The notes under the pieces: generated by a model
What the model saw: only the letters and a program-made list of their open reading frames with translations
What the model was told of the DNA's origin: nothing
The model's database searches: none
Shown here: positions 18,762 through 28,813 of the stretch, in pieces
Numbering within the stretch: position 1 is the first letter of the stretch
How the letters are laid out: the number at the start of each line of letters is the position of its first letter
Position numbers and translations under genes: made by a program
NCBI GenBank assembly: GCA_963813025.1
Contig: CAWEXO010000004.1
Span: forward strand, 32,001 to 96,000
Reading direction: 5' to 3'
Length of the DNA stretch: 64,000 nucleotides
DNA from: an uncultured Verrucomicrobiae bacterium
GTDB taxonomy: Bacteria > Verrucomicrobiota > Verrucomicrobiia > Chthoniobacterales > JAFAMB01

Positions 18762-19648
18762 TTGTCCGCGCCCATCGGGCCGCGATAAAGAAAGAGGCGA
18801 CTGGTGAGGATCAAGGCAACAATCAGGAACTGCACAGTGGCCATGATCATGGCGATCGCCGATGCCATCGGGTAATTGTAATCTTCAAAAGCCGCCTGGT
18901 AAGCCGCGATGGATATGACCCGGGTCGGGCCGGCCGGCGCTCCGAGCAGGACTGCCGAAGGGAACACGGAAAACGCCTGAACAAACGACAGGCAAAAAGC
19001 AATCAACAGTCCGGGGAGCATGAGAGGTAGATAAATGTGCGTGAATTGCTGCCCACTATCCGCACCGAGCGTAGCCGCGGCCTGCGCCAGGGTTGGGTCG
19101 ATCCCAGTGAGGTAGCTGAGGAGCAGGAGATAAGCGAATGGGAAACCGCTGACGACCAGAGACAGGAAAACACCCCAGAAATTATGCGTTAAATGGACCG
19201 GGCCGGACACTAAATGCATCGCCAACAATGCTCGATTGAACCAACCTTGAGGCCCCAGGTAGTTCAGCATGCCTTCCGCGATTAACACCGTGCCGAGGCT
19301 GATCGGAATTACCAGAATCGCTGCCAAAAGCCGTTGGCAACGATGGCGGCGAGTCACAAAAGCGATCGGTAAGGCGAGGCCGATATTCACCAAAGTAGCC
19401 GGAACGGAAATCCAGAGCGTGGTGGCGATTGTTCTGCTCAGAAAGGGTGTCGAGAAAAATTTGAGATAATTACCTGGTCCGAATCCCGTCTGGCTAGAAA
19501 ACGAAAGCAAAAATCCGTACAAACAAGGATAGACAAAGAGGAACACTACCACCAGCGCTCCTGGAACAGCCAACAGGGGTATCTGCATCCTTCTCTGTCG
19601 ATCGGAAATACCGACGAGGCCGTCGGCGCTACGGTCGGTCTTATTCAC
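18758..19648 (-). CDS. ABC importer permease (PotB-like)
   Basis: DPTLAQAAATLGAD loop; TM helices; overlaps neighbouring genes. Confidence 0.9.
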   Translation of the reverse strand: MNKTDRSADGLVGISDRQRRMQIPLLAVPGALVVVFLFVYPCLYGFLLSFSSQTGFGPGNYLKFFSTPFLSRTIATTLWISVPATLVNIGLALPIAFVTRRHRCQRLLAAILVIPISLGTVLIAEGMLNYLGPQGWFNRALLAMHLVSGPVHLTHNFWGVFLSLVVSGFPFAYLLLLSYLTGIDPTLAQAAATLGADSGQQFTHIYLPLMLPGLLIAFCLSFVQAFSVFPSAVLLGAPAGPTRVISIAAYQAAFEDYNYPMASAIAMIMATVQFLIVALILTSRLFLYRGPMGADK

Positions 19649-20773
19649 GTGGAAAAGACCAGGACTCTAGACGGATCAACGAACAGGGTTAATTGATCCC
19701 CTGGGGTGAATCGTTTGCTTGTCCGGGCCTGCAAGACCAGGTCCGGTTCAGCCAAAACCGTGACCAGATAATCGCGGCCGCAGTACTCGACCAGCCCGAC
19801 CCGGGCGGGAAGAACATTGGCCGGGCACGATGAGGCCGGTCGATCCGCGGCTTCCTGCACACGAATATCGTCCGGACGAATCGCCACAATTACTTTTCGG
19901 GAGGATAACGTTTCCCGAGCGACGCCTTCCAGGCGAAGGCCCGTGCGAAACAAGGAAACGCGACTGCCATCTTGCCGCTCCAGATCGAACTCAACAACGT
20001 TGCGAAAACCCATAAAACGAGCCACGCGCAGGTTTGCCGGACTTTGATACAAAGCTTCCGGCTCCCCGATCTGTTGAATACATCCGTCATGAAGCACAAC
20101 GATCCGATCGGCCAGGGACAGGGCCTCATCCTGGTCGTGGGTAACGTAGACGGTTGTGCGCCGAAGATCTCTATGGATGCGCTTGATTTCCGAACGCATC
20201 TCGATGCGCAGTTTTGCGTCGAGATTGGAGAGCGGCTCATCCATGAGAATTAACGGCGGTTCTATCACGATCGCCCGCGCGATTGCGACACGCTGCTGCT
20301 GCCCACCCGAGAGCCGCGCCGGCAGTTTATCGCCGTGCGCTCGCAATTGAACCAACTCGAGCGCGGCCTCCACGCGTCGATGTATCTCCTTTCGGGCCGA
20401 CTCCGCGCATCGCCAAGCCGAAGCCGATATTTCTCCGCACGTTCAGGTGTGGAAAAAGCGCATAGCTCTGGAAAACCATCCCGAAGCCACGCCGCTCCGG
20501 AGGCAGATGGTCGATTCTGCGTTCGTCCAGCCAAATGCTTCCTTCGGATAAGGGGAGAAGTCCTGCTAAGCAGTTCAGGGCGGTCGACTTTCCGCAGCCG
20601 GACGGTCCAAGGAAAGCAATAAATTCTCCCGCGGAAATCGTCAGATTCAGTTGCCTCACCGCGGTTGTCTTCCCAAAACGTCGCGTTACCCCATCGAGAC
20701 GCAGTTGCTGAAAGACCTGACCCGCTTCACCGCAGCGCATCCGCCTCGGGCTGGCCGGCAAGGAAGAGTTCAC
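19645..20773 (-). CDS. ABC importer ATPase (PotA-like, TOBE domain), split by a +1 frameshift at ~20390-20392
   Basis: GPSGCGKST in the 5' frame, LSGGQQQR and MDEPLSNLD in the 3' frame. Deleting one A restores [12 protein letters not shown] (~375 aa). Confidence 0.88.
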
Positions 20774-22008
20774 CTCAGCTTGGCTGCTCCGATTTCCTCA
20801 TCCCACCGATGGAAAGCCGTAACCATCGCCTTTGGTTCGAGCGGTGTTTCTGTCGGGTTTTCGGCGATGAGCTTCTCATATTGAGGCCGGCCGAAATCTC
20901 TGATTGCTTGCTGGCTCGGTTCCGGCGCCATCGACAGCGGGACATCCTTGATCGCCGGTCCCGGATAGAAATATCCTTCATCGTAGATATTGGCTTGCTG
21001 TTCCGGCCGCAACAGAAATGGCATCAGGTCGAGGAGGACAGCCACTTTGTCCGGTGCCGCTCCTTTCGGAATCGCCATGTAATGCGCATCGGTAACCCAA
21101 TGAAATCCCTTCAGGATGGAGATCTCCGCCGACTTTGGCACAATTCCTAAAACCCGCGGGTTGATGTCCCAGCCTGTCGTTGTGACAATCAAGTCCCGTG
21201 AGCCCTCCCCGAGTTCCTTCATCGTGGCGGTGGTACCCGACGGATAGTATTCGATGGAGCCGTCCAGCTCTTTGAGGTACGCCCAGGTTTTTGTCCAGCC
21301 CTCGACCGGATCCTTCGGGTTGGGATCGCCCAAGAGATAAGGCAATCCCATCAGGAACGTACGACCCGGCCCTGAATTAGCCGGTCGCGCATACATAAAG
21401 CGGTTAGGGTGGGCTTTTGCCCAGGCCAACAACTCAGCAGTGCTGGTAGGCGGATCTTTAACCCGCTCGGGCGCGTACTCGAGCAGTGGTCCGGAAGGAT
21501 AATAGGTAACGGTAATTCCGTAGCCGCTTCCCAGTTCGTACATCTTCAGGGCCGGAGGCAAGTAATTTGTTTTCAGGCCCGGAAATTTTTCCTCGTAGTC
21601 CGGAATGAGTTTCAGCCAAAGGTCCTGATCGATTCCCGCGGCAAGTCCGTCGAGGCCGGTCAGCACCAAGTCGATATCCAAGCGCCCGGCGTTTTGCTGG
21701 GCTTTGATTTTGCTGGGCAGCTCCGGAGCCGGAGCCTGGGTGAAATGAATTCGATCGACCAGCTTGGGGTTCTGTTTGCGGTAGTTCTCGATGCTCTGCT
21801 GGGTCAGCCGCAGGTTACCTGCGACGTCATAGATATTTAGCGAAACCGGCGATTTTGGTAGGGGTGGCGCGCTAGCCAGAGCCCGGCTAAGGCCGCTACG
21901 CCAGAAAACTGCGGCGGTTGCTCCGACCGAAAGCCCTGTGATAAAGCGCCGCCGGGAAATTCCCGCTTCAGGCCGGGAAGCTGAGACCTGGTGAGAAAAA
22001 GAAAGCAT
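20770..22008 (-). CDS. ABC importer substrate-binding protein with Tat signal
   Basis: ISRRRFITG twin-arginine motif, YARPANSGPGRTFL; operon context; start uncertain. Confidence 0.85.
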   Translation of the reverse strand: MLSFSHQVSASRPEAGISRRRFITGLSVGATAAVFWRSGLSRALASAPPLPKSPVSLNIYDVAGNLRLTQQSIENYRKQNPKLVDRIHFTQAPAPELPSKIKAQQNAGRLDIDLVLTGLDGLAAGIDQDLWLKLIPDYEEKFPGLKTNYLPPALKMYELGSGYGITVTYYPSGPLLEYAPERVKDPPTSTAELLAWAKAHPNRFMYARPANSGPGRTFLMGLPYLLGDPNPKDPVEGWTKTWAYLKELDGSIEYYPSGTTATMKELGEGSRDLIVTTTGWDINPRVLGIVPKSAEISILKGFHWVTDAHYMAIPKGAAPDKVAVLLDLMPFLLRPEQQANIYDEGYFYPGPAIKDVPLSMAPEPSQQAIRDFGRPQYEKLIAENPTETPLEPKAMVTAFHRWDEEIGAAKLR

Positions 22009-22215
22009 GGAGTTCGCAATCGGGTAAGGGGGGAGAACCAGAGTGGTATCGTCTCCGCGTCCTGTTAGCAAGGCCGATCCGACCAGCTCTGACCGTGCCG
22101 AGTACATCAGGTTCCGCCAAGCAAGTCAATGTCCGCAGAACACGCAGGCGGAGGTTTAGCGAAGGAGCAGCCTTCGGCGAAGACTCGTTCGAGCCGGTCG
22201 ATCGAGTTGCCATAG

Positions 22216-22640
22216 CCAAGACGGCTCAAACAAGTTCTCGCTGACGCTCGAATGAATTTTCGCCCTAACGAAGCAGGCACAAGGCCGTGTTGCGAGACAA
22301 TCTCTAATTTTCGCCGAACCGGCACAGGGCAGATGCTGAAGCAGCGGAAGCTTCCAGTACCTGCGTCCGGAGGAACAATAGGCGAGCCTCGTCGGCGATT
22401 CACCTGCATGGCCTTCCGTACGTTCAAGCCGTTCAGAGTACGGTCGAGGCCGTCCGCACTACGCCATGCGCTCAAGCCGTTCAAAGTACGGACGACGCCG
22501 GGTCTGTCGGACTTTGGTCAATCTGTAGCTCGCGCAATCGAGCTAAGGTTCGAGACATGTCCCAAAGCGTCTTTGGCCCTGCGCCGGTAGGGCGAAAATT
22601 TATTCGAGCCTTAGCGAGAACTTGTTTGAGCCGTCTTCAG
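22216..22640. repeat. Cluster of family A repeat pieces (22216-22330 and 22500-22636)
   Basis: GACGGCTCAAACAAGTTCTCGC...TTTTCGCCCTA, and GGTCTGTCGGACTTTG...CCGGTAGGGCGAAAATTTATTCGAGCC. Confidence 0.8.
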
Positions 22641-22919
22641 TGTGACCCGGTCCAAAAGCTTCCACTCTGGCGTAGCAAGCCGTGCAAAACGACAATCACC
22701 ATCGACGTTCTTGCTCGAAATGCTTTGCAAGAAGGCTCGAGTCTTGACGCGGGAAACCGTGTAGCGCACCCAAACTAGAGCTTTAGCGTGGTTTATTTTC
22801 CGTTTCGTGCGCGCATGGTGATGCCGGAATGAAGGGGACTATCCCCAGGCGCTCCAGTCTTTACTCGCCGCGCTCGACCACGCCGAGACTTTCATCGAAT
22901 AGGCAACTCGTACCCCCGG

Positions 22920-23035
22920 CCTGATTCGCGCGCGGGTCTGCGCGCGATTGATCGAGCGAGCGTCACGCTCGATCCCTACGACCTCTCCTGAGGGACCAAC
23001 GAGACCTCGGCCTCGGCGGCCGGCCAAGCGCACGC
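22920..23035 (-). pseudogene. Class I SAM methyltransferase remnant
   Basis: LVGPSGEVVGIERDARSINRAQTR resembles the region after motif I; no intact gene. Confidence 0.45.
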
Positions 23036-23091
23036 TTATTCCGGTTTCGTGCGCTAAGGCCTGACCTCAGCGCTCGACCCCTGCAGCACTT

Positions 23092-24939
23092 TCAGAACAC
23101 GTAGGAACTGTCACCCGCCGTCCCCGCTTCGCTTTCCCGGATGGCCCGTCGAACCACGTCAAATTTGGCATCCATTTGAGCAAGGATTGTCTGGAACTCC
23201 ATGTCATCGCGGAAGACGTGAAGCATTGGATCCTTCAACCCGAGCGGCAAGTGTAACAAGGTTCGATTAGCCAGATAACGCTGCAGATAACGATAGGCTT
23301 CCACGCTGTTCTTGAGGCAGCGGTAGCCCCAGGCGACGCATATCGGAATATCCCACGGAACGTCCGGCTGTCCTGGGCGTTCCAGCCGTGCCGCGCCAGC
23401 CTGCACAATTTCTCTCGCCAATTCGCGCGCCTCGGTCTGCCGGCCGCTTTCGCGCATCGCGATCGCCAAATAGGTTCTTGTCCAAACGTTCTCAGAATGC
23501 GGCCGAACGTTACATTGCTTGATGACCGCCGCCCATTTTCGGTGCCGATCGCACAGAAAAACAGCCCGTCCTGGACAGAATAGTCGTAGTTTTTCAGGTC
23601 CGCTGGCAACTGCGCAAAGCCCGCCGCCGCGACCTCGAACTGCCCGCGCCACATCGCGCGGTAGCACTCCAACATGTGATGACGTTGCGGATTACTTTCC
23701 CGATCGAGCGCTTGCTCGATCCAGCGGTCCGCCACGTCTTTGAGATCTGCGCCAAAGAGGATCTTTGCCGCATAATAGACAAATCTTGGCTCGCTATCCG
23801 TAGAGCAAGCTTTGCGGAAAAATTGGTAAGCCTCGCCAAACTCGTGCTTCGCCACTTGACGCATGGCGGCAAGCGCGTTGGCCCGGCCGTCATGGGGGCC
23901 TAGCTCCAGCGCTTTTTGTAACGCCTTGTCACATTGAGCATACCAGCCTTTGGCATAATAAACGCGGCCAAGCTGCTCGTACCCACGGACCTCGGTCGGA
24001 TCGAGGGCGTGGGAGACGGGCGATGGGCAAAGAAGCATGCTGGTGCTGGTGCATGATTTCGGCCGGAGTACCCAGGAAAGGCGGTTGTCCGCTCAACATC
24101 TTCCAGAGGGTTACCCCGAGAGAATAAAGATCAGATCTTATGTCGACCCCGACTCCGGCGAACTGCTCCGGGCTGGCGTAGGCCGGCGTCCCGGCGAAAA
24201 CACCCGGCACGGAAATGTCGCCGGCCAACGACTCGTCCGTAGCGGCTTTAGCCAAACCCAGATCAATGATCTTCGCGTTTGCGGCGCCCTCGTCGTCGAC
24301 CCCAACCATCACGTTGCTTGGCTTAATGTCGCGGTGCACCAAGTGCTGCCGGTGAATGGCAGCCAGACCGGCCGCAATCTGCCCGGCGATCTCCAAGGCC
24401 TCTCGCGGTTCCAGGTGGCCGGTGCGCAGGATCAAATTTTCCAGTGTCTCACCTTCGACAAATTCCATGGCATAGAAGATGTCGCGCCCCCGGAAACCGA
24501 GATGATAGACCGAAGCGACGTTCGGATGGCGGACACTCGCGGCCGCCCGAGCCTCGCGGAAAAATCGGCGACGAGCGGCTTCTTCCTGAAACAATCGTAA
24601 ATTGAGTACCTTTAGGGCAATCGGAATCCGCAAGTTCAGGTCGACGGCTTTGAAAGTGATGCCCATCGCGCCGTGCCCCAGCTCATAAAGATGACCATCC
24701 GCCCGGCGCAGAATTTCGTAATGCGCGAATCGGCGCGGATCAGTTTCCGGCAGTGGGGCCGTGGCCTCGTCGCGGATTCGATTTTCCGCGTTTTCCGGAT
24801 CAAGATCGGTGCGTAGAAGGCAGACTGAACAAAGGCCCGGCGGATCGTCCGCTGCCAATGTGGCCCCGCAAAGGGAACACACCGAGGCGGTCGAGCGCAC
24901 CCGGTCTTCCGCGCGCGTTTTATGTTCCGATTCATTCAT
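23092..24939 (-). pseudogene. Hanks-type Ser/Thr kinase-TPR gene with internal deletion and frameshift
   Basis: LGHGAMG, ALK, HRDIKPSN, DLGLA, YASPE and DLYSLG motifs. The kinase breaks off before subdomain XI (~24010); TPR-like helices continue in two other frames. Confidence 0.8.
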
Positions 24940-25075
24940 GGGCGGCGGCAATCTGGGGTGGCAAAAGAGGATAATGACAAGCGCGAGAATTTCACTGCTT
25001 TTCTCGACCCTTGATAGTCTTCTCGGACTTCAACAGTGCCGATGTCAGTCTCAGTTACTTGCACTTGCACTGGCA

Positions 25076-26572
25076 CTAGGCACTTTCCTGGAACCAACTT
25101 TTCAGCCGGGGGTACAGGTCAAGAAATCGGTGATAATGGGATTCGTAGAGCGAGCTTTGCTTCATCTCGGGCGCGCTCACCTCGGAAAACGTTGGAGCAA
25201 ATCGCCGGGCGTCCTCGTAGTCTTTCAACAATCCAGCTCCAATACCCCCAATCAAAGCGGCCCCGACACTAGCGCGTTCAGTAGCATGTTTGTCCTTGCC
25301 CTGGTAAAGGGACCTACCCAGAACGTCCGTAAGAATCTGCCGCCACACCGGGCTGCTCAATCCGTTTCCGGACGCAACCAGGTAGTCCGGAGCCGCCCCG
25401 CAACTCACCATGACTTCAACGATTTGGCGCAGGGCGCACGCTACACCTTCGAGAAGAGCGCGAACCAGATGCCCCGGGCCGTGTCTTAAGGTCATTCCAA
25501 CAAATCCACCTTTCGCCCGCGGATCCATTAGCGGCGACCTTTCGCCGACGAGGTAAGGCAAGAAAAACAACCCCTCCGAGCCGGGTTCGACACTCGAAGC
25601 GAGCCGGTCCAGTTCCGCGTAGGAGCATTTTTCGATTCCCAAAGTTGCGCGCAACCAGCGCAGAGCCATTCCGGCCGACAACATCGCACCCAGCAAATAC
25701 CATCTCGTTTCAGGTGCATGACAAAATGTGTGCAGCCGGAGCTGCGCATCGAAAACTGGTTTGCTCAGCGGGACAAAGACCTGACCGCCGGTACCGATGG
25801 TTACCGAACCAAGCGGGGGATCAATCAGGCCGTTTCCGACGGCCTGCGCGGGCTGGTCGGCGCATCCTGCCGCTACGGGGATTCCCGCGGTTAGCCCAAG
25901 CTCCTCGGCAGGTTTCCGACTCAGTCCGCCAACGATCTCGGCCGATGAATGTACCGGCGGAAAAATCGCCCGGGGAAACTTCAGTCGGCTAATCGTTTCA
26001 TCGGACCAAACGCGTCTGCCGACATCAAAAACTCCCGTGGCGGCGGCATCACTTTGATCGGTGCCAAATTGGTCAGTCAGTTTGAAACGCAAATAGTCCT
26101 TGGGCATCAAGAGGATCTCTGCTTGCTCAATCGTTGCCGGTTCATATTCCTGGAGCCAGAACAGGGTGGAAACTAAAAACCCCGCGGCCGGAGCGGTTCC
26201 GCAGGTGCTCGCCAGCAGCTCCGGTCCGACCAGTTCTCGGATTTGCGGCAACAAAGGAGCGCTTCGCTGATCCGCCCAGATGATCGCCGGACGGAGCGGT
26301 CTGCGGTTTGACCCCATGGCGACAAACCCGTGCATCTGACCGCTGAGACCGATTGCTCGTATCTCCACGGTGCCTGCCTTCTGCATGGCTTCTCTCCCGG
26401 CGGCAATCGTGGCTTTCCACCAATCGTCCGGTTCCTGTTCCGCCTGACCCGCAAGAGGTGTTAAGATGGGATACTCGGTGGTCCCGGTGCCAAGAATGGT
26501 CCCGTCGTCGCTCGAACAGACCGCGACTTTTACGCTCGATGTGCCGAGGTCAATGCCAAGAAGCGCGCTCAC
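25076..26572 (-). CDS. xylB: Xylulokinase (FGGY family)
   Basis: GIDLGTSSVK, GLSGQMHG, WADQRS and FLPYLVGERSP motifs. Confidence 0.9.
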   Translation of the reverse strand: MSALLGIDLGTSSVKVAVCSSDDGTILGTGTTEYPILTPLAGQAEQEPDDWWKATIAAGREAMQKAGTVEIRAIGLSGQMHGFVAMGSNRRPLRPAIIWADQRSAPLLPQIRELVGPELLASTCGTAPAAGFLVSTLFWLQEYEPATIEQAEILLMPKDYLRFKLTDQFGTDQSDAAATGVFDVGRRVWSDETISRLKFPRAIFPPVHSSAEIVGGLSRKPAEELGLTAGIPVAAGCADQPAQAVGNGLIDPPLGSVTIGTGGQVFVPLSKPVFDAQLRLHTFCHAPETRWYLLGAMLSAGMALRWLRATLGIEKCSYAELDRLASSVEPGSEGLFFLPYLVGERSPLMDPRAKGGFVGMTLRHGPGHLVRALLEGVACALRQIVEVMVSCGAAPDYLVASGNGLSSPVWRQILTDVLGRSLYQGKDKHATERASVGAALIGGIGAGLLKDYEDARRFAPTFSEVSAPEMKQSSLYESHYHRFLDLYPRLKSWFQESA

Positions 26573-26760
26573 CGTGGAAGCTTAGGCCGGTTAGACATTT
26601 GCCAGACGGTTTCCCACTGCGTTTCTAACTTTGTAATCCGGTGGTCATGCGATCGAAGCTCTTCGGCGAGCTTTTCCAGCCTTTCTCCGGCTTTCTTCAC
26701 ATCTTCGGTAATATTGAGGACTTGCCGGAGAGCGGCAACCGCATCGGTGAGATTGCTCAC
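26569..26760 (-). CDS. Small coiled-coil hypothetical protein (63 aa)
   Basis: GTGA overlaps with both neighbours; heptad-like amphipathic sequence. Confidence 0.7.
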   Translation of the reverse strand: MSNLTDAVAALRQVLNITEDVKKAGERLEKLAEELRSHDHRITKLETQWETVWQMSNRPKLPR

Positions 26761-27047
26761 GATTGACGTACGGCTAGTTTTCGATCTGTCCGCGAACGTT
26801 TCGCCTGCAGTTCGGCCAGCACCTCGTCTGCCTTTCGGATGCCTCTCTGGAGAGTGGATCGCGCTTCAGCAATCGACTTGGCGACCTCGGCCGTAAGCGC
26901 AGCGAGAACGGCCTCGTCCGGGGCCGGTTTCTCGTCGCAGCGGCTGCGAATCAATTGTGATACACTCACTCCGTTGCGCCGAGCCTCACGATGGAGCTGC
27001 GCCTTGAACTCTCTAGTCACCAGCAGAGTGACACGTTCTGTCTGCAT
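26757..27047 (-). CDS. Ribbon-helix-helix (CopG-like) protein with C-terminal coiled coil (96 aa)
   Basis: ERVTLLV strand, then helix, then GVSVSQLIR, typical of an RHH fold. Confidence 0.72.
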   Translation of the reverse strand: MQTERVTLLVTREFKAQLHREARRNGVSVSQLIRSRCDEKPAPDEAVLAALTAEVAKSIAEARSTLQRGIRKADEVLAELQAKRSRTDRKLAVRQS

Positions 27048-27081
27048 ATTAACATGTTAATGCACATGACAATAACGTCAA
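27048..27081 (-). promoter_or_regulatory. Putative leaderless sigma70 promoter overlapped by a 14-bp palindrome
   Basis: TTGACG (27081-27076), 16 bp, TAACAT (27059-27054), 6 bp, ATG; palindrome ATTAACATGTTAAT at 27048-27061. Confidence 0.6.
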
Positions 27082-27188
27082 ATTCTGTTCTTGGATTGAG
27101 TGAACAGCCTGTGTCACTCGCAAAAATCGCTGACGGACTTTGCAAGCGATGCAGGCTATGGCTTTCTCAAAAACTGATGCAAAATACG

Positions 27189-28238
27189 ATGCGCTACCAA
27201 CTTCTCGGCCGCAGTGGTCTGCGGGTTTCACAGGCCTGTCTGGGCACCATGACCTTTGGCGAAGACTGGGGCTGGGGTGCCTCCAAGGACGAAGCGCGCC
27301 GCCTCTACGACACTTTTCGCGAGGCGGGAGGCAACTTCGTGGACACGGCCAATGTCTATACTGGTGGGACGAGTGAAAAGTTCCTCGGCGAGTTCATGGT
27401 GGGCCACCGCGACGAGGTCGTTTTGGCGACTAAATACACCAACGCCATGCCGGGAAAGGATCCCAACGCCGCCGGTAACCATCGCAAGAGTATGGTTCAG
27501 GCGGTGGAAGCCAGTCTCGAACGATTGCAAACCGATCGTCTGGATCTTCTCTGGATGCACATCTGGGACCGGATCACCCCGGTGGAGGAGATCATGCGAG
27601 CGCTGGACGATCTCGTGCGCCAAGGCAAGGTGCTGTATGTCGGAGTCTCCGACGCGGCAGCCTGGTGGATAGCGCGGGCCAACACATTGGCTCATTTCCG
27701 AGGCTGGACGCCCTTTGTCGGCCTGCAGATCGAGTACAACCTTCTGGAGCGCACACCGGAAAGAGAGCTGGTGCCGATGGCCGACGCCCTCGGGTTGACG
27801 ATCACCGCGTGGAGTCCCCTGGGCAGCGGGCTGCTCTCGGGCAAATACCGCGTAACAGAGGAAGGGGTGCAGAGCGAGGACGGCCATAGCCGGTTGGACA
27901 GCCCCGAGATGCAGCAATTCGTCGGGAACCGGGAGCGGGTCAATCGAGTCATTGATGCCCTGAAAAAAGTCGCCGCCGAGTCAGGCCATTCTCCGGCCCA
28001 AGTCGCTCTGGCGTGGCTGCGGCACCGGGCGCATCCCGTCATCCCTATTGTGGGCGCGCGCAAGCTCGAACAACTCCAAACCAACCTGGCCGCCACGGAA
28101 TTGCAGCTCGACGCCGAACATCTCAGGCGGCTTGAGGAGGCCAGTGCGATTGAACTGGGGTTCCCCCACGATTTCCTGGACAAGCCGATGGTGCAGGGGT
28201 TCACTTTCGGCGGCACCCGCGAGTTGATCGATCCATGA
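27189..28238 (+). CDS. Aldo/keto reductase
   Basis: LGRSGLRVS, LGTMTFG, DTANVY, LATKY and WSPLGSG motifs; ATG at 27189. Confidence 0.93.
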   Translation: MRYQLLGRSGLRVSQACLGTMTFGEDWGWGASKDEARRLYDTFREAGGNFVDTANVYTGGTSEKFLGEFMVGHRDEVVLATKYTNAMPGKDPNAAGNHRKSMVQAVEASLERLQTDRLDLLWMHIWDRITPVEEIMRALDDLVRQGKVLYVGVSDAAAWWIARANTLAHFRGWTPFVGLQIEYNLLERTPERELVPMADALGLTITAWSPLGSGLLSGKYRVTEEGVQSEDGHSRLDSPEMQQFVGNRERVNRVIDALKKVAAESGHSPAQVALAWLRHRAHPVIPIVGARKLEQLQTNLAATELQLDAEHLRRLEEASAIELGFPHDFLDKPMVQGFTFGGTRELIDP

Positions 28239-28296
28239 TGTGCAAGCAGGTCGGGAAGACCAGGAAATGAACGCAGACTGACCAATAGGAGGCACG

Positions 28297-28677
28297 TTGA
28301 ATATTCGTCCCGCTCAAAACGGGGATCGCGACGCCATTTGGTCCATTCTCGAACCTGTAATTCGGGCCGCCGACACATACGCCTTGCCGAAAGACTGGAA
28401 CAAAGAGCACGCGCTTTCCTACTGGTTTTCAGAAGATCATCTAGTCTTTGTCGCCGAAGAAGAAGGTGCGGTCTTAGGCTCTTACTACATACTAGCAAAC
28501 CAGCTCGGAGGAGGCTCCCATGTGGCGAACTGTGGATATATGACATCCACCGCGGCGACGGGGCGCGGAGTAGGGCGCGCCATGTGTGCGCATTCTCTGG
28601 AATATGCGCGCACCCGCGCTTTTAAGGCGATGCAGTTTAATTTCGTCGTGAGCACGAATCAGCGGGCAATCCGCTGA
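28297..28677 (+). pseudogene. GNAT acetyltransferase, apparently C-terminally truncated
   Basis: GGGSHVANCGY, GRGVGRAM and MQFNFVVSTN motifs; stops at NQRAIR before the usual final helix and strand. Confidence 0.7.
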
Positions 28678-28813
28678 ATTCTGCCGTTTTCTTCGGGACA
28701 AACGCTCCGAACCGAGTGTGCTCCTTTTGAGAAAATCGAGAGCGTATCTTAACGCATGGGAGTAGTTCCCTTCCGTAGGAGAATATCCGATAGCGACAAA
28801 CGTCGCCGCCTAC

